Part shown: positions 16,357 to 25,468 of the stretch, piece after piece
Layout: every line of letters starts with the position of its first letter
Position numbering within the stretch: the first letter of the stretch is position 1
Origin: Chloroflexota bacterium
GTDB taxonomy: Bacteria > Chloroflexota > Anaerolineae > JAYEMR01
Direction of reading: 5' to 3'
Length of the DNA stretch: 59,799 nucleotides
Assembly: GCA_034718215.1 (NCBI GenBank)
Contig: JAYEMR010000067.1
Span: forward strand, 1 to 59,799
Program-made: the position numbers and the translations under genes
Notes under the pieces: generated by a model
The model's database searches: none
What the model was told of the DNA's origin: nothing
Seen by the model: only the letters and a program-made list of their open reading frames with translations

Positions 16357-16390
16357 CCCGTCTGCCTGTACCCGATCAGGCACGGGTGAG
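16357..16390. repeat. palindromic repeat unit inside the TIM-barrel gene, stop-containing phase
   Basis: ccccgtctgcctgtacccgatcaggcacgggtgag. On the coding strand gcc TGA tcg falls in frame. Confidence 0.8.
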
Positions 16391-16496
16391 CACCTCCAAG
16401 CGCATCTCCCGTGTCTCCTCCGGCACCAGGCCAACGGTGCTGGGGCCCTCGATGAAATCCCACACATATCGCCCCGGCAAACCTGTCCAGATGGTT

Positions 16497-16523
16497 GTGC
16501 CCGCACCTGATCGGGTACAGGTG
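16497..16523. repeat. 27-nt palindromic core, exact reverse complement of 17152-17178, in frame in the TIM-barrel gene
   Basis: gtgcccgcacctgatcgggtacaggtg. Confidence 0.9.
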
Positions 16524-16695
16524 ATCTCCACGTCGTTGGCCTCAGCTGATCCGTGGAGCCGATCAGCTATCTCTTCGTTCAGGAGCTCTTGCTGCCAGCA
16601 CGTTACCTGGCACGTTGGGAAACCTAGATCATGTACCCTCTTCAGCTCCTCTTCCGGTCCCTTCTCCAGTGATGCTATCACCCCTAGTCTCATTC

Positions 16696-17787
16696 TTACT
16701 CCTTTCCGTTCACGGTCCGGCCATTTTCTATGGCTTCGATCTCTTTCCTGCCTGCGCAGACAGGATTCACCAGCCCCAGCGAGTCGCGGGCCGACTCCGG
16801 CGGGCACTTGATCGGACGCTCATCGTTCTTGACGCAGCGGAGGAAATAGGAGATCTCATTGGCATAGGCGTCGCCCTCCTCATACTCAGCCGGGCGCCCC
16901 TGCACCTCGACCAGGTCGTCGAAGACTTGGAGCGCCGGATTGCGCCTGCTATCGAAGCGGATCAATCCTGCTTCAAACCATGCGTCGTAGGCGGCGAAGA
17001 AAGGAGTTTGAGCCATACTCCACCCGGCGTGGATATGCACCTGAGGGCCTTCTTCGTAGTTGTAGAAGGCATGAATGATATCGTAGGAACCGGTCGCCTC
17101 TGACCTTCGGGCGGTAGCCTGGATGTGGTCCGGAAGGCCCAGTAGATAATTCACCTGTACCCGATCAGGTGCGGGCACATAATCCACATCGTGGATATGC
17201 AGGTCGAGGATAGTGCCGCCGCTGCGGGCAGGATCGAGGTACCATTTCTCCCAAGACCAGATCGGCCGTCCGCCCACACGGCTCATGTTCAGCGATAGAA
17301 GTTTTCCAAATGTGCCATCATGCATTCTCTGGCGCAGAAACTCATATTCGGGCCAGAAGCGGATGCACTGAGCGATCATCAGGAGGCGATCCGCCTCCCT
17401 GGCTGCCTCGATCATCTGGTCGGCCTCCTTGAGGGTCAGGGCCATTGGCTTCTCACAGAGCACGTGATGTCCGGCCTCCAGCGCCTCGATCGTGTACCGA
17501 GCGTGCAGGAAAGTCGGCAGGCAGATGTCCACCATGTCCACATCCGCCTCGGCGATGAGCTGGCTGCCATCCGGGTAACGATCCACGCCGGAGAGATCAG
17601 CCGGTCCGCTCTCGTCAGGGATGTTGCCGGCCACAAACTCCTCGGCCTCCAATCGCTCCGGCCTGATATCAGCGATGGCAACCAGCTCCGCGCTGGGGGT
17701 CTGGAGGTATCGGCCCGCGTGAAAGCCTCCCATCATCCCCAGGCCGATGACTCCTACTTTCACCTTTGAGACATCCCTTTTGACCAT
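16696..17787 (-). CDS. Gfo/Idh/MocA family oxidoreductase
   Basis: MVKRDVSKVKVGVIGLGMMGGFHAG... Rossmann N-terminus, with EKPMA and HIHD motifs. Start taken at ATG 17787, since the longer ORF prefix overlaps the upstream gene. It carries two repeat insertions. Confidence 0.85.
   Translation of the reverse strand: MVKRDVSKVKVGVIGLGMMGGFHAGRYLQTPSAELVAIADIRPERLEAEEFVAGNIPDESGPADLSGVDRYPDGSQLIAEADVDMVDICLPTFLHARYTIEALEAGHHVLCEKPMALTLKEADQMIEAAREADRLLMIAQCIRFWPEYEFLRQRMHDGTFGKLLSLNMSRVGGRPIWSWEKWYLDPARSGGTILDLHIHDVDYVPAPDRVQVNYLLGLPDHIQATARRSEATGSYDIIHAFYNYEEGPQVHIHAGWSMAQTPFFAAYDAWFEAGLIRFDSRRNPALQVFDDLVEVQGRPAEYEEGDAYANEISYFLRCVKNDERPIKCPPESARDSLGLVNPVCAGRKEIEAIENGRTVNGKE
16747..16764. repeat. 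18-nt 'empty' palindrome CCTGCCTGCGCAGACAGG inside the 3' end of the oxidoreductase gene
   Basis: Translated as PVCAGR. The same motif occurs at 14510-14527 and, truncated, at 41296-41310. Confidence 0.7.
17152..17178. repeat. 27-nt palindromic core, in frame in the oxidoreductase gene
   Basis: cacctgtacccgatcaggtgcgggcac, translated on the minus strand as VPAPDRVQV. It is flanked by ATAAT at 17146-17150 and 17179-17183. Confidence 0.9.
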
Positions 17788-17857
17788 ATTTGTTCCCCTT
17801 TTCTCGTCCAAGTGGTCTATCTGCGCTTTTGTGAGCCCGGCACCGCGCCGCCCGCCC

Positions 17858-18697
17858 TCATTCCCCGGAGAAGATGAGATCCATCGCCTGAGAGGTGGCC
17901 TGGAGGATGCTCTCCGGCCAGTGAGTGCGCGGCGAGAGCTCAGCGGTGCACCAACCATCGTATCCAACGTCGCGGAGCGCCTCCATCACCGCCGGGTAGT
18001 TCACATCCCCTGACAGGAGCTCGACGAACCCCTCCAGCGTGCCGACGTCGGTCTTGAAATCCTTGAAATGCACTTTCCTGATGCGTGAACCCAGCACTCG
18101 GATCCAATGCTCGGGATAGCCGGTGCGCATGATATTACCCACGTCAAAGTAGCATTGCACATAGGGATGGCCGACCCGGTCTATGAAATCCCGCATCTCG
18201 AGGGGGCTGTTAAGGAACTTGTTCCATACGTTCTCCACACCTATGTATACCTCATGCTGCTCGGCGATCGGCCCCAGCTCGCGGAAGTTCTCCAGGGCTC
18301 GATTGTACGCGGCCTCGTAGTCCTGAATCACGGCAGGGCCGGACTGAAAGGGCCCGGTGAAACCTGGCACCACCAGCATGGTGTCCACTCCAAGCACCCC
18401 AGCCAACTCCAGTCCCTTTCGTACGTGTCCCTTGGCCGTCTCGCGCTCCTCCCTGTCTTCGCTGATGAGATTAAATTGCCAGAGCACCCCCGTGGCCAGA
18501 GAGCAGATCTCAATACCCACCTCTCGGGCCATCTGGAGGATGGCTTTCATGTCCTCCGGGGTGGACTCAGGGCCAATAGGCCCTTTCAGGGCATAGGCCA
18601 ATTCGATACCCTCGAAGCCCGCCTTGTGTGCTAGGATCATGCAGCGACGCAGGTCACTCTGATCGCGAAAGGCCCAGATGTTAATGCCTTTTCTCAT
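17858..18697 (-). CDS. xylose-isomerase-like TIM-barrel sugar phosphate isomerase/epimerase
   Basis: 279 aa: MRKGINIWAF...GFEGIEL...ENVWN...YFDVGN. Confidence 0.85.
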   Translation of the reverse strand: MRKGINIWAFRDQSDLRRCMILAHKAGFEGIELAYALKGPIGPESTPEDMKAILQMAREVGIEICSLATGVLWQFNLISEDREERETAKGHVRKGLELAGVLGVDTMLVVPGFTGPFQSGPAVIQDYEAAYNRALENFRELGPIAEQHEVYIGVENVWNKFLNSPLEMRDFIDRVGHPYVQCYFDVGNIMRTGYPEHWIRVLGSRIRKVHFKDFKTDVGTLEGFVELLSGDVNYPAVMEALRDVGYDGWCTAELSPRTHWPESILQATSQAMDLIFSGE

Positions 18698-18752
18698 CTC
18701 TCTACCTTCCTATATCCGAAGTCAATGTCCGATGGTCTCCCCCAGACATTTT

Positions 18753-18800
18753 GCCTGTCTCCGCCTGCACCCGATCAGGCACGGGCGAGCAGGTGCGGGT
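18753..18800. repeat. palindromic repeat units downstream of the deacetylase-like gene
   Basis: gcctgtctccgcctgcacccgatcaggcacgggcgagcaggtgcgggt. Confidence 0.75.
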
Positions 18801-18812
18801 AAGGATGATTCA

Positions 18813-20129
18813 TCACCCGTTGCTCGACAGTGAGCTTTGTTCAGCTTCCTCAGAGGTGGCGGGTTCCAGTGTGCGACCAAATGGCACTTGAGTGGGAAGG
18901 GTATTGGTGTCGTAGACTGTACGTCCACGCACCACGATCCTCTGGGGAATGAGATCTGGAGTATCCCGATCCCAGCGCCATACCACGAAGGTCGCAGGTG
19001 TTCCGGGCTTGCCCAGAGGAGCTGCAAGGTCTGAAATCCCTGTCAGCATACCCGGCACTCTAGTCACGTGAGGGAGGTAGCTTACGGGCGTCTTCCCCTC
19101 ATCGGTGAAATCCACGAAATTCGCCAAACATCGGGACAGGCTTACTGCCGCGCCGATCAACGTCTCCGATTCATAGAAGCCAAATCTCCCCGAAGGTCTC
19201 ATCTCGACGATCTCATCTCGCAGATGGTAGAGCCCTGGTGGCGCTCCAGCCATGCTCACCGCATCGCTGACCAAGAACAGCTTACCCGGTGGCTTCGCAC
19301 GGTAAAAGACCTTGACCGTCGCTGGAGGTACATGGTGTCCATCTGAAATCACCCCAGCGAAGAGGCGATCCTCAGCCGCCTGTTCCCAAAGCACATTTGG
19401 ATGGCGCGGCATCATGTTGTGACATCCGTTACCCAGGTGGGTTACGCCTACTGCTCCTGCTCCTATGGCCTGGCGGATCGTCGATCTGGCCGCCTGATGA
19501 TGGCCCAGACATACACTCATACCTCGTTCAGTAACTTCTCGAATGAGGTCGATCCCTCCATTGATCTCTGGGGCGAGGGTCAACAACCGGATTCGGTTCC
19601 CTGAGCTTTCCTGCAGGAGGTCAAACACATCTATGTCTGGAGGAGCGACATGTTCACGCGGATGCGCGCCGCGTGGGCCATCCACTGGTGAGATCCAGGG
19701 GCCCTCCTGATGAATTCCAGCGACCATCGCCGCTACATCAGGATAGGCGCGGCAGGCGGCGTCGATATTGGCCATCGCCGCCCGCATCACCTCCGGCGCA
19801 TCGGTGGTGATTGTGGGCAGAAAACGGGTGGTGCCACTTAGCGTAATCGACCAGCAGAGATCACGGACGCCCTGGGGCCCTGCCTCAACATCTTTAAATC
19901 CACGGCCCCAATACCCATTGATCTGCGCGTCGAATAGGCCGGGCGTCGCGAAGACCATGGGATCCTCGGGGATAAGGGATCGCTCTTTCTGATCGGCTGG
20001 GTGGATCCCTGAGAAAAACTCACCTGCCCATTCCAGGACAACGGCATCAGCAGGGTCATCCCCCGGATGTAACCGGGCTCCCAGTTGCTCTCTTTCAGGT
20101 GGGCTGGGCCAAGGATAATGAAGGGGCAT
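18813..20129 (-). CDS. N-acetylglucosamine-6-phosphate deacetylase-like amidohydrolase
   Basis: FDAQINGYWGRGF, HQEGPWISP..GAH, LTLAPE, GHHQA and THLGNG motifs resemble NagA. It has an N-terminal extension of about 60 aa. Confidence 0.7.
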   Translation of the reverse strand: MPLHYPWPSPPEREQLGARLHPGDDPADAVVLEWAGEFFSGIHPADQKERSLIPEDPMVFATPGLFDAQINGYWGRGFKDVEAGPQGVRDLCWSITLSGTTRFLPTITTDAPEVMRAAMANIDAACRAYPDVAAMVAGIHQEGPWISPVDGPRGAHPREHVAPPDIDVFDLLQESSGNRIRLLTLAPEINGGIDLIREVTERGMSVCLGHHQAARSTIRQAIGAGAVGVTHLGNGCHNMMPRHPNVLWEQAAEDRLFAGVISDGHHVPPATVKVFYRAKPPGKLFLVSDAVSMAGAPPGLYHLRDEIVEMRPSGRFGFYESETLIGAAVSLSRCLANFVDFTDEGKTPVSYLPHVTRVPGMLTGISDLAAPLGKPGTPATFVVWRWDRDTPDLIPQRIVVRGRTVYDTNTLPTQVPFGRTLEPATSEEAEQSSLSSNG

Positions 20130-20226
20130 CTCTCCTCCTTTCGGATACCTGTATTATAGCGAGGACAATCAAAGGTCGCATCCTTTCAACAGATAATGGT
20201 TGGGAAAAGGATCGGGCGTCGGGAGA

Positions 20227-20823
20227 TCATGTAGGACTGGGATGAAGTTTGACCTCCCGCAAAGTGGTGTACACCGCGCCTGTGGGCCGCAGCTCGCTGC
20301 GGATTAAGCTGACCTTCCTCACGGTCACCGTGCCCAACGATGCTATCTCTCTCTCCTGAAGGAGCTCGCTGATAGCGCGACGCTGACCCCTGGAGGCGCG
20401 TCTGCGGACTCGACCCAGGGTGAGGTGAGGATGGAAGGCTCTCCTCTCACGCTCAAAACCCGACTCCACACAGGCATCCTCGACCGCCTTCTGCAGCTCG
20501 GAAAGCTCTCCTGCAGGATCCTCGATCCCTACCCAGATGACTCGGGGCCGGCGGAGATTGGGAAAGCAGCCCAACCCACTTGCTGTATAAGTAAGAGGGG
20601 AGAAGGGGGCACAGGCTGAGCTCAAAGCCTCCGCGATATCTTCAATCTGATCCACTGGGGTTTGGCCCAGGAACTTGAGGGTGAGGTGGATGCCCTCTGG
20701 CCGTGTCCAACGCACCACCCCTTGAGGAACCTGCCCCTTGAGTTCTCTCTGCAGTTCCATCAGGCTTTCTTTGAGTGAGTCTGGAAGCTCAAAGGCAATA
20801 AAGGCGCGGATCTCTTCAGACAT
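20227..20823 (-). CDS. thpR: RNA 2',3'-cyclic phosphodiesterase (2H phosphoesterase)
   Basis: Two HxTx motifs (HLTLKFLG, HLTLGRV). ATG 20823 overlaps the upstream stop (ATGTCTGA). Confidence 0.8.
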   Translation of the reverse strand: MSEEIRAFIAFELPDSLKESLMELQRELKGQVPQGVVRWTRPEGIHLTLKFLGQTPVDQIEDIAEALSSACAPFSPLTYTASGLGCFPNLRRPRVIWVGIEDPAGELSELQKAVEDACVESGFERERRAFHPHLTLGRVRRRASRGQRRAISELLQEREIASLGTVTVRKVSLIRSELRPTGAVYTTLREVKLHPSPT

Positions 20824-21709
20824 TGGTTCTCCTTTCACTAAGCGAAGTGCTCTCGCTGCTTTCTTCCAAGTTCATGAGGTTTAGAGCGCAGACCGCGTTG
20901 CCTCCCAGCACTGCCTCTAGAGGCTCGATGTCCAGTCCGACAGAGCGGAAACTGCGCAGATAGCGTGTTGGAGGAATGAGTGGAAAGTCGGAGCCGAAAC
21001 AGATCTTGTGGGGGATGAGCTGGGCCAGGAGAGGTAGAATCTGGTTATCGTAGAGGAAGGGGGAAGCTGCGGTGTCGTAGTACACGTTGGCCAGCGCATC
21101 GTGCACTTCGGGCATGAGCTCGTAGAAGGGGAGTCCACCTCCCCAGTGGGCGCAGATGAGCGTCACCTGGGGGAAAGCCTTGGCGAAGCGGTAGATGACA
21201 TCCGGACTGACCGTGCCCTTGCCGGCGTACTGGTGTCCCACTGGCTCGCTGGAGTGCACAAGGATAGGTAGATTATGCTCCGCTGCGAACTCAGCCAATG
21301 GAGCCAGCAGTGATAGGTCATCCAAGGAGAAGCCCTGTCCGTCGGGCATTAGCTCTCCCACCCCTCGCAGCCCGGCCGCTATGCAGCGATCCAGCTCGCG
21401 CAGGGCCTCGCGAAGCTGCCGGGGGTTGACGACGGCGAAGCCGATCAGTCGATCTCCATACCGTCGCACGGCTTCGATGGTGTAGTCGTTGGCCGCTCGA
21501 CACAGGCCCATGTCGGCCCAGCCGAAACCAAAAGTCACCGCTCGATCCACATCGGCCTCGTCCAGGGCCTCAATGAGCTCCTCTGTGGTGGCCAGCCGGG
21601 CTTTCGGGTTCTCATAGAGCTTTCCGAACCACTCGTCCTGCTGGCAGTAAGCCTCCCTATTGGAGATTATGTATGGCGCGGTTATATGGGTGTGGATATC
21701 AACTATCAT
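20816..21709 (-). CDS. amidohydrolase-family (metal-dependent hydrolase, amidohydrolase_2-like) protein
   Basis: MIVDIHTHI...VHSSEP...DFP. ATG at 21709; the ORF extends to 21742. Confidence 0.75.
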   Translation of the reverse strand: MIVDIHTHITAPYIISNREAYCQQDEWFGKLYENPKARLATTEELIEALDEADVDRAVTFGFGWADMGLCRAANDYTIEAVRRYGDRLIGFAVVNPRQLREALRELDRCIAAGLRGVGELMPDGQGFSLDDLSLLAPLAEFAAEHNLPILVHSSEPVGHQYAGKGTVSPDVIYRFAKAFPQVTLICAHWGGGLPFYELMPEVHDALANVYYDTAASPFLYDNQILPLLAQLIPHKICFGSDFPLIPPTRYLRSFRSVGLDIEPLEAVLGGNAVCALNLMNLEESSESTSLSERRTNV

Positions 21710-21880
21710 TTCTTTACTTCCCGCCGTTTTTCTAAACTTCATCCGACAGTCACTGATCGCTGGCGCAATTTCAGTTGTTCATCAATCGCGCATGACAACT
21801 TTGCAGTTTTGTGGCACAATATTGCGGAAAGTAAAGTACAGAGATACCCCAGGTGGGGCATCCCTGTAAAGGTGCTGATA

Positions 21881-24800
21881 TCACTTGGGCATATCGGCCA
21901 GCGCGGCATAGGCCGGGCGTGGGCTCCAATCGGGGCGGATGATGCTGTAGGCCGCCTTCTCATCAGCAGCGCCACATACTGGGCCGAAGTTCAGGTTCCA
22001 GAGGAACATCACCCCAACCCAGCCCCAGTTGCGCCCCATCTGGTAGGCTCGGACAAAGTACTGGGCCTGCAGAGCTTCGTTGAGATCGTTGGCAAATTCG
22101 TAGCCCGGCGCTGGGGCTACCCCAAAATTGTCCACCGTCGGCCAGCCGAACTCCGTGGGCCATAACTTATGCCCACCAGCGCCGTACTTGACCATGATGT
22201 TGCGATAGTCCTCCATGGTGTTGCGGAAGAAGAAGCTAGGATGGTCATCAAACCCCCGATTAGGTTTATCCCCCTCAGGCCAATGGGCATCCGGTGGGTT
22301 GGCAAAGCCGCTGGGATGGATGCCCACCGCGTCGCACCAGCGTGCCAGACCAGCCTGGTACATCTGCTCCAGGTAGATCCGATCATTGATGGCAGTGACT
22401 CCATCGTTCATTCCCGTCGGCGTCGGAGCGCCGCTGACGACGATGGCGTTGGGGTCGTGGGCCTTTATGGTCTTGTAAGCCCCTGAAAGAAGCCGCACGT
22501 AGTCGGAGGCGCTGAGCGGTGCGCCCCACTCCCGTTGCAGGTTCTGTTCGTTCCACACCTCGTAGGCCTTGACCCGGCCCTTGAAGTGCTCGGCCAGCGC
22601 CCCCATGAAGTTCCAGAAATCCTGATAATCGGCCGGATAGTGATTGCCGCCTGAGATAGCCCAAGGAGGCGCAGCAGCCACGCTGAACAGCACATTGATG
22701 CCATTGACGTTGCAGGCGTTCACCATTCGATCCAGCTCGCCGAAGCTGTACTGCCCCCGGCTCGGCTCGTGGAGCTCCCAGCGCACCTGCTGCTTGGCCC
22801 AATTGAAGCCCATTCCATTGATGGCGTTGACTATCTGCCCGTGATCCTGATTCAGGAAGTGGGCCTGGACCCCGTAGCCGAAGGAGGTCCGTGAGTGAGA
22901 GGCAGGCGCCGCGGCCACAGCGTGGGACTTACTACCTCCTCCACTGCTGCCCTTGCTGCTCTCGGAAGCCTCCGGCTTCTTCGGCAGTTCCTCATCCGGG
23001 ATCACTGGGATGTCCTCCGGCGCCAGGTTCAACTTCACATAGGCAGCGGACACCCACCGCTTCTTCCCCTGGTAGAGGATCTGTAACCAGTCTTTCTTCT
23101 CCGTACTACCAGTGACCTCAATCTCCTCTCCCTCTGTAAGCTGCCCCACCCGCTCGAAATCGGTGCTCGGCCCGGAGCGCACATTCAGTTTGGTCACCTC
23201 CTCCATCACCACCCCATCCGGAAGGGAGGGGGTGGTGATTGGAGTAGGGGTGGGCGGTCTCGGAGTGGGAGTCGGGGTAGGAGTTGGAGCGGGGGTTGGG
23301 GTGGGAGTGAGCGTCGCCACCCACACGGTCTGCTCATTTTCACTGGGGATGGCCTGTCCATCAGCTGCGATCTCGGCGGCGATGAGGTACTGGCCTGAGA
23401 CCGCTGGTGCCTTCCAGACGTAGCTGGGGTCGGTGATCGGCGCAGGTGCCCTGGCTATCTGATCGCCCGCGGGGCCGCGAACCGTCCACCAGACGGTGAA
23501 CTGATTACCGCCCTGTGGAGTGGCCTGCTGAGCAAAGGTCTGCAATGTCCGCCACATCTGGGGGTCATTCTCCCTGCTGGCCAGGTCCTCCACCGTGACC
23601 CCACCGAGATTGTATTTCTGGACCAGGCGCAGCTTGTAGGCCAGGCTGGAGGAATTCTCCAGCCACACGGTGTGCCTCTCCTGTAAGGGTTTCTGCTCCT
23701 GCTCGTCCACGTAGGTGAACCAATAGGCATTGATCTCTTTATCCTGTTGCAGCCCTTGCGCCTCTTGCCAGGCTTCCAGTTGTACTTCCAGGGAAGCACC
23801 AGGCTTCAGGATGGGAGGGTCCACCGCTGCCACCTCGGCCAGTCGGCCAAGCGCCTGAGCGTAGGTCAGGAATTCCCGCCTGCTTCCCTGTTGATCCAGG
23901 CTGTCCGCGCTGAAGACCAACTGTATTTTAGCACGCTCCACCCGTCGGGTGGTCCAATCCAGCAGTTTTTCCATCTCCCCCCCGGGCCGATAGGCCTGCG
24001 GATTCAGCAGAGCGGGGATCTTGATGCTGTCCACCGGCGGCCCCAGGACCAACCAATCGTAAGCGCCAGTGTTCCAGGTGCCATCGGGCGTGAGCACCGG
24101 CCGGCTGACGCGGAGGGTCAGCCGCTTGCCCTGGGTATGGAGACCCTCCGCCACCTGTCGTACAAACGAGGTGACCTCATTCTGAAGGGAGGGATCCACA
24201 TTTCGATAATCCAGGGTTATCCCGTCGTATGGCTTGTCCTGAGCCCAACGAAGGATGGCCTGCACGTGCTCCTCCCGCGCTGTGGGATTGGCCAGCAGTC
24301 GGTTGACATCCGCGACTTGCCCTTCGCCTGGCCGCCAATTGGACTCAGATGGTAGAACCAGCGCCCCCTCCGCTGACACGCCGACGGGCGTGCCTTTCAA
24401 TCCACCCTGCTCGCTGACCAGCAAGCCCCTAGGGTTGATCACCCTCAGCACCTCGCCTCCCTCGGGGGACAATTGCTGATCCTGCCTCAACGTGGTCGCC
24501 ACCAGCGGTGGGATGGGCTGACTCTCTACTATTAAGAGGGCCTGAGGTAGTTCGGCCAGCCTGGCGGTAAGTCGGCTGGCCGGGGGCTGGATCTCGCTGG
24601 GTAACCATCTCCAGCTCCCCTCCTCCTCCGGCTGAAGGGCAGGGAACCAGCCGTAGAGATCCAAATTATGGACATTCTGGCAGTCAGGGGGAAGCGGAGC
24701 TGTCAGTGACACGGCAGCGGGCGGGGCCCCCGCAAGCCGAATGCGATAAAGGGGACTCCGAGGGACTAGATGAGAGGGAAGTGCTTCGGCCAAGGGGATG

Positions 24801-25129
24801 AGCTCTCGGCCTGCTGTCTGGGCTTGAAAAGCATTGCGCTCGATGGCTAGGAATTTGAGCCTAAAAGGCTCCCCCAGGTCATCGGGACGCACCTCCAGCC
24901 GCGCGGTGTCGGTTGCCTCTATCGCCCACTGATCCTCCCCCATGTGAGCGTAGTCGGCGTAGATAATCCAGTTCCCCACCGCGACGGGAGGGAGGAGAAG
25001 TCCTACCAGGACGAGGGCGGGTATGATCACGTAGTAGATGACCTGGCTGACTATAGGGCTGGCCAGGGTCGGACGTGTTGCCCCTGGTTCCCTCGCTGCC
25101 ATCGTTTTTCTATCAGGCTGAGCTTCCAT
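21881..25129 (-). CDS. large membrane-anchored multidomain glycosidase-like protein (degenerate GH18-like domain, PT linker, SH3b, C-terminal GH-A domain); start uncertain
   Basis: TM anchor VIYYVIIPALVLVGLLL; DGITLDYRNV (GH18-like motif with R in place of the catalytic E); PTPTPTPAPTPTPTPTPRPPTPTP; SH3b-like KLNVRSGPST...WVSAAYV; AYEVWNEQNLQREWG. Candidate ATGs at 25129 and 25102. Confidence 0.7.
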   Translation of the reverse strand: MEAQPDRKTMAAREPGATRPTLASPIVSQVIYYVIIPALVLVGLLLPPVAVGNWIIYADYAHMGEDQWAIEATDTARLEVRPDDLGEPFRLKFLAIERNAFQAQTAGRELIPLAEALPSHLVPRSPLYRIRLAGAPPAAVSLTAPLPPDCQNVHNLDLYGWFPALQPEEEGSWRWLPSEIQPPASRLTARLAELPQALLIVESQPIPPLVATTLRQDQQLSPEGGEVLRVINPRGLLVSEQGGLKGTPVGVSAEGALVLPSESNWRPGEGQVADVNRLLANPTAREEHVQAILRWAQDKPYDGITLDYRNVDPSLQNEVTSFVRQVAEGLHTQGKRLTLRVSRPVLTPDGTWNTGAYDWLVLGPPVDSIKIPALLNPQAYRPGGEMEKLLDWTTRRVERAKIQLVFSADSLDQQGSRREFLTYAQALGRLAEVAAVDPPILKPGASLEVQLEAWQEAQGLQQDKEINAYWFTYVDEQEQKPLQERHTVWLENSSSLAYKLRLVQKYNLGGVTVEDLASRENDPQMWRTLQTFAQQATPQGGNQFTVWWTVRGPAGDQIARAPAPITDPSYVWKAPAVSGQYLIAAEIAADGQAIPSENEQTVWVATLTPTPTPAPTPTPTPTPRPPTPTPITTPSLPDGVVMEEVTKLNVRSGPSTDFERVGQLTEGEEIEVTGSTEKKDWLQILYQGKKRWVSAAYVKLNLAPEDIPVIPDEELPKKPEASESSKGSSGGGSKSHAVAAAPASHSRTSFGYGVQAHFLNQDHGQIVNAINGMGFNWAKQQVRWELHEPSRGQYSFGELDRMVNACNVNGINVLFSVAAAPPWAISGGNHYPADYQDFWNFMGALAEHFKGRVKAYEVWNEQNLQREWGAPLSASDYVRLLSGAYKTIKAHDPNAIVVSGAPTPTGMNDGVTAINDRIYLEQMYQAGLARWCDAVGIHPSGFANPPDAHWPEGDKPNRGFDDHPSFFFRNTMEDYRNIMVKYGAGGHKLWPTEFGWPTVDNFGVAPAPGYEFANDLNEALQAQYFVRAYQMGRNWGWVGVMFLWNLNFGPVCGAADEKAAYSIIRPDWSPRPAYAALADMPK

Positions 25130-25392
25130 CTTGAGGATATCGGCTCCTTTCGGGCGCAATAATGCTCTATCCCTGCTCCAAAGGCCATAGGGCCGCCTCC
25201 TGGATAGAACAGACCCCATGGAAGCGGGGCACATTGTATCACACCCTCCGGCCTCTGGCAAATCTTCGTAGCAGAGATTTCACCAGTACCTGGTACAGAT
25301 AGAAGCCCATCCGACGGCTTTTATCCGCTGGATATAATCAGGGCAACCGAGGTTGCATCCCCTCGGATGCTTTTGCTCCCTGAAAGTGACAA

Positions 25393-25417
25393 GGGTAGCA
25401 GATAGACTCTGCTACCC
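25393..25417 (-). terminator. stem-loop downstream of the LysM gene
   Basis: GGGTAGCAG-atagact-CTGCTACCC (9-bp stem), followed by a T-rich stretch on the minus strand. Confidence 0.4.
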
Positions 25418-25468
25418 TCGTTCTGCGTATCTCAGGATATGCAGTGGCGAGCCTGACAAGTGGAGTGG

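Larger units (their letters stand above)
15824..16693 (-). pseudogene. xylose-isomerase-like TIM-barrel sugar phosphate isomerase/epimerase, split by a repeat-borne in-frame TGA
   Basis: A single frame reads MRLGVIASLEKG...ANDVEI[TCTRSGAGT]TIW...EMRLEVLTRA[TGA 16376-16378]SGTGRRGSDFARRVGVSSITTHVGFIPEN...ERILESL. The ORF track shows it as two ORFs, 16376..16807 and 15824..16309. Confidence 0.7.

Noticed and set aside
23230-23312. Low-complexity (ggagt/ggggt)n DNA encoding PTPTPTPAPTPTPTPTPRPPTPTP.
   Set aside because: It is an ordinary Pro/Thr interdomain linker in a secreted multidomain enzyme, not a regulatory or mobile repeat.
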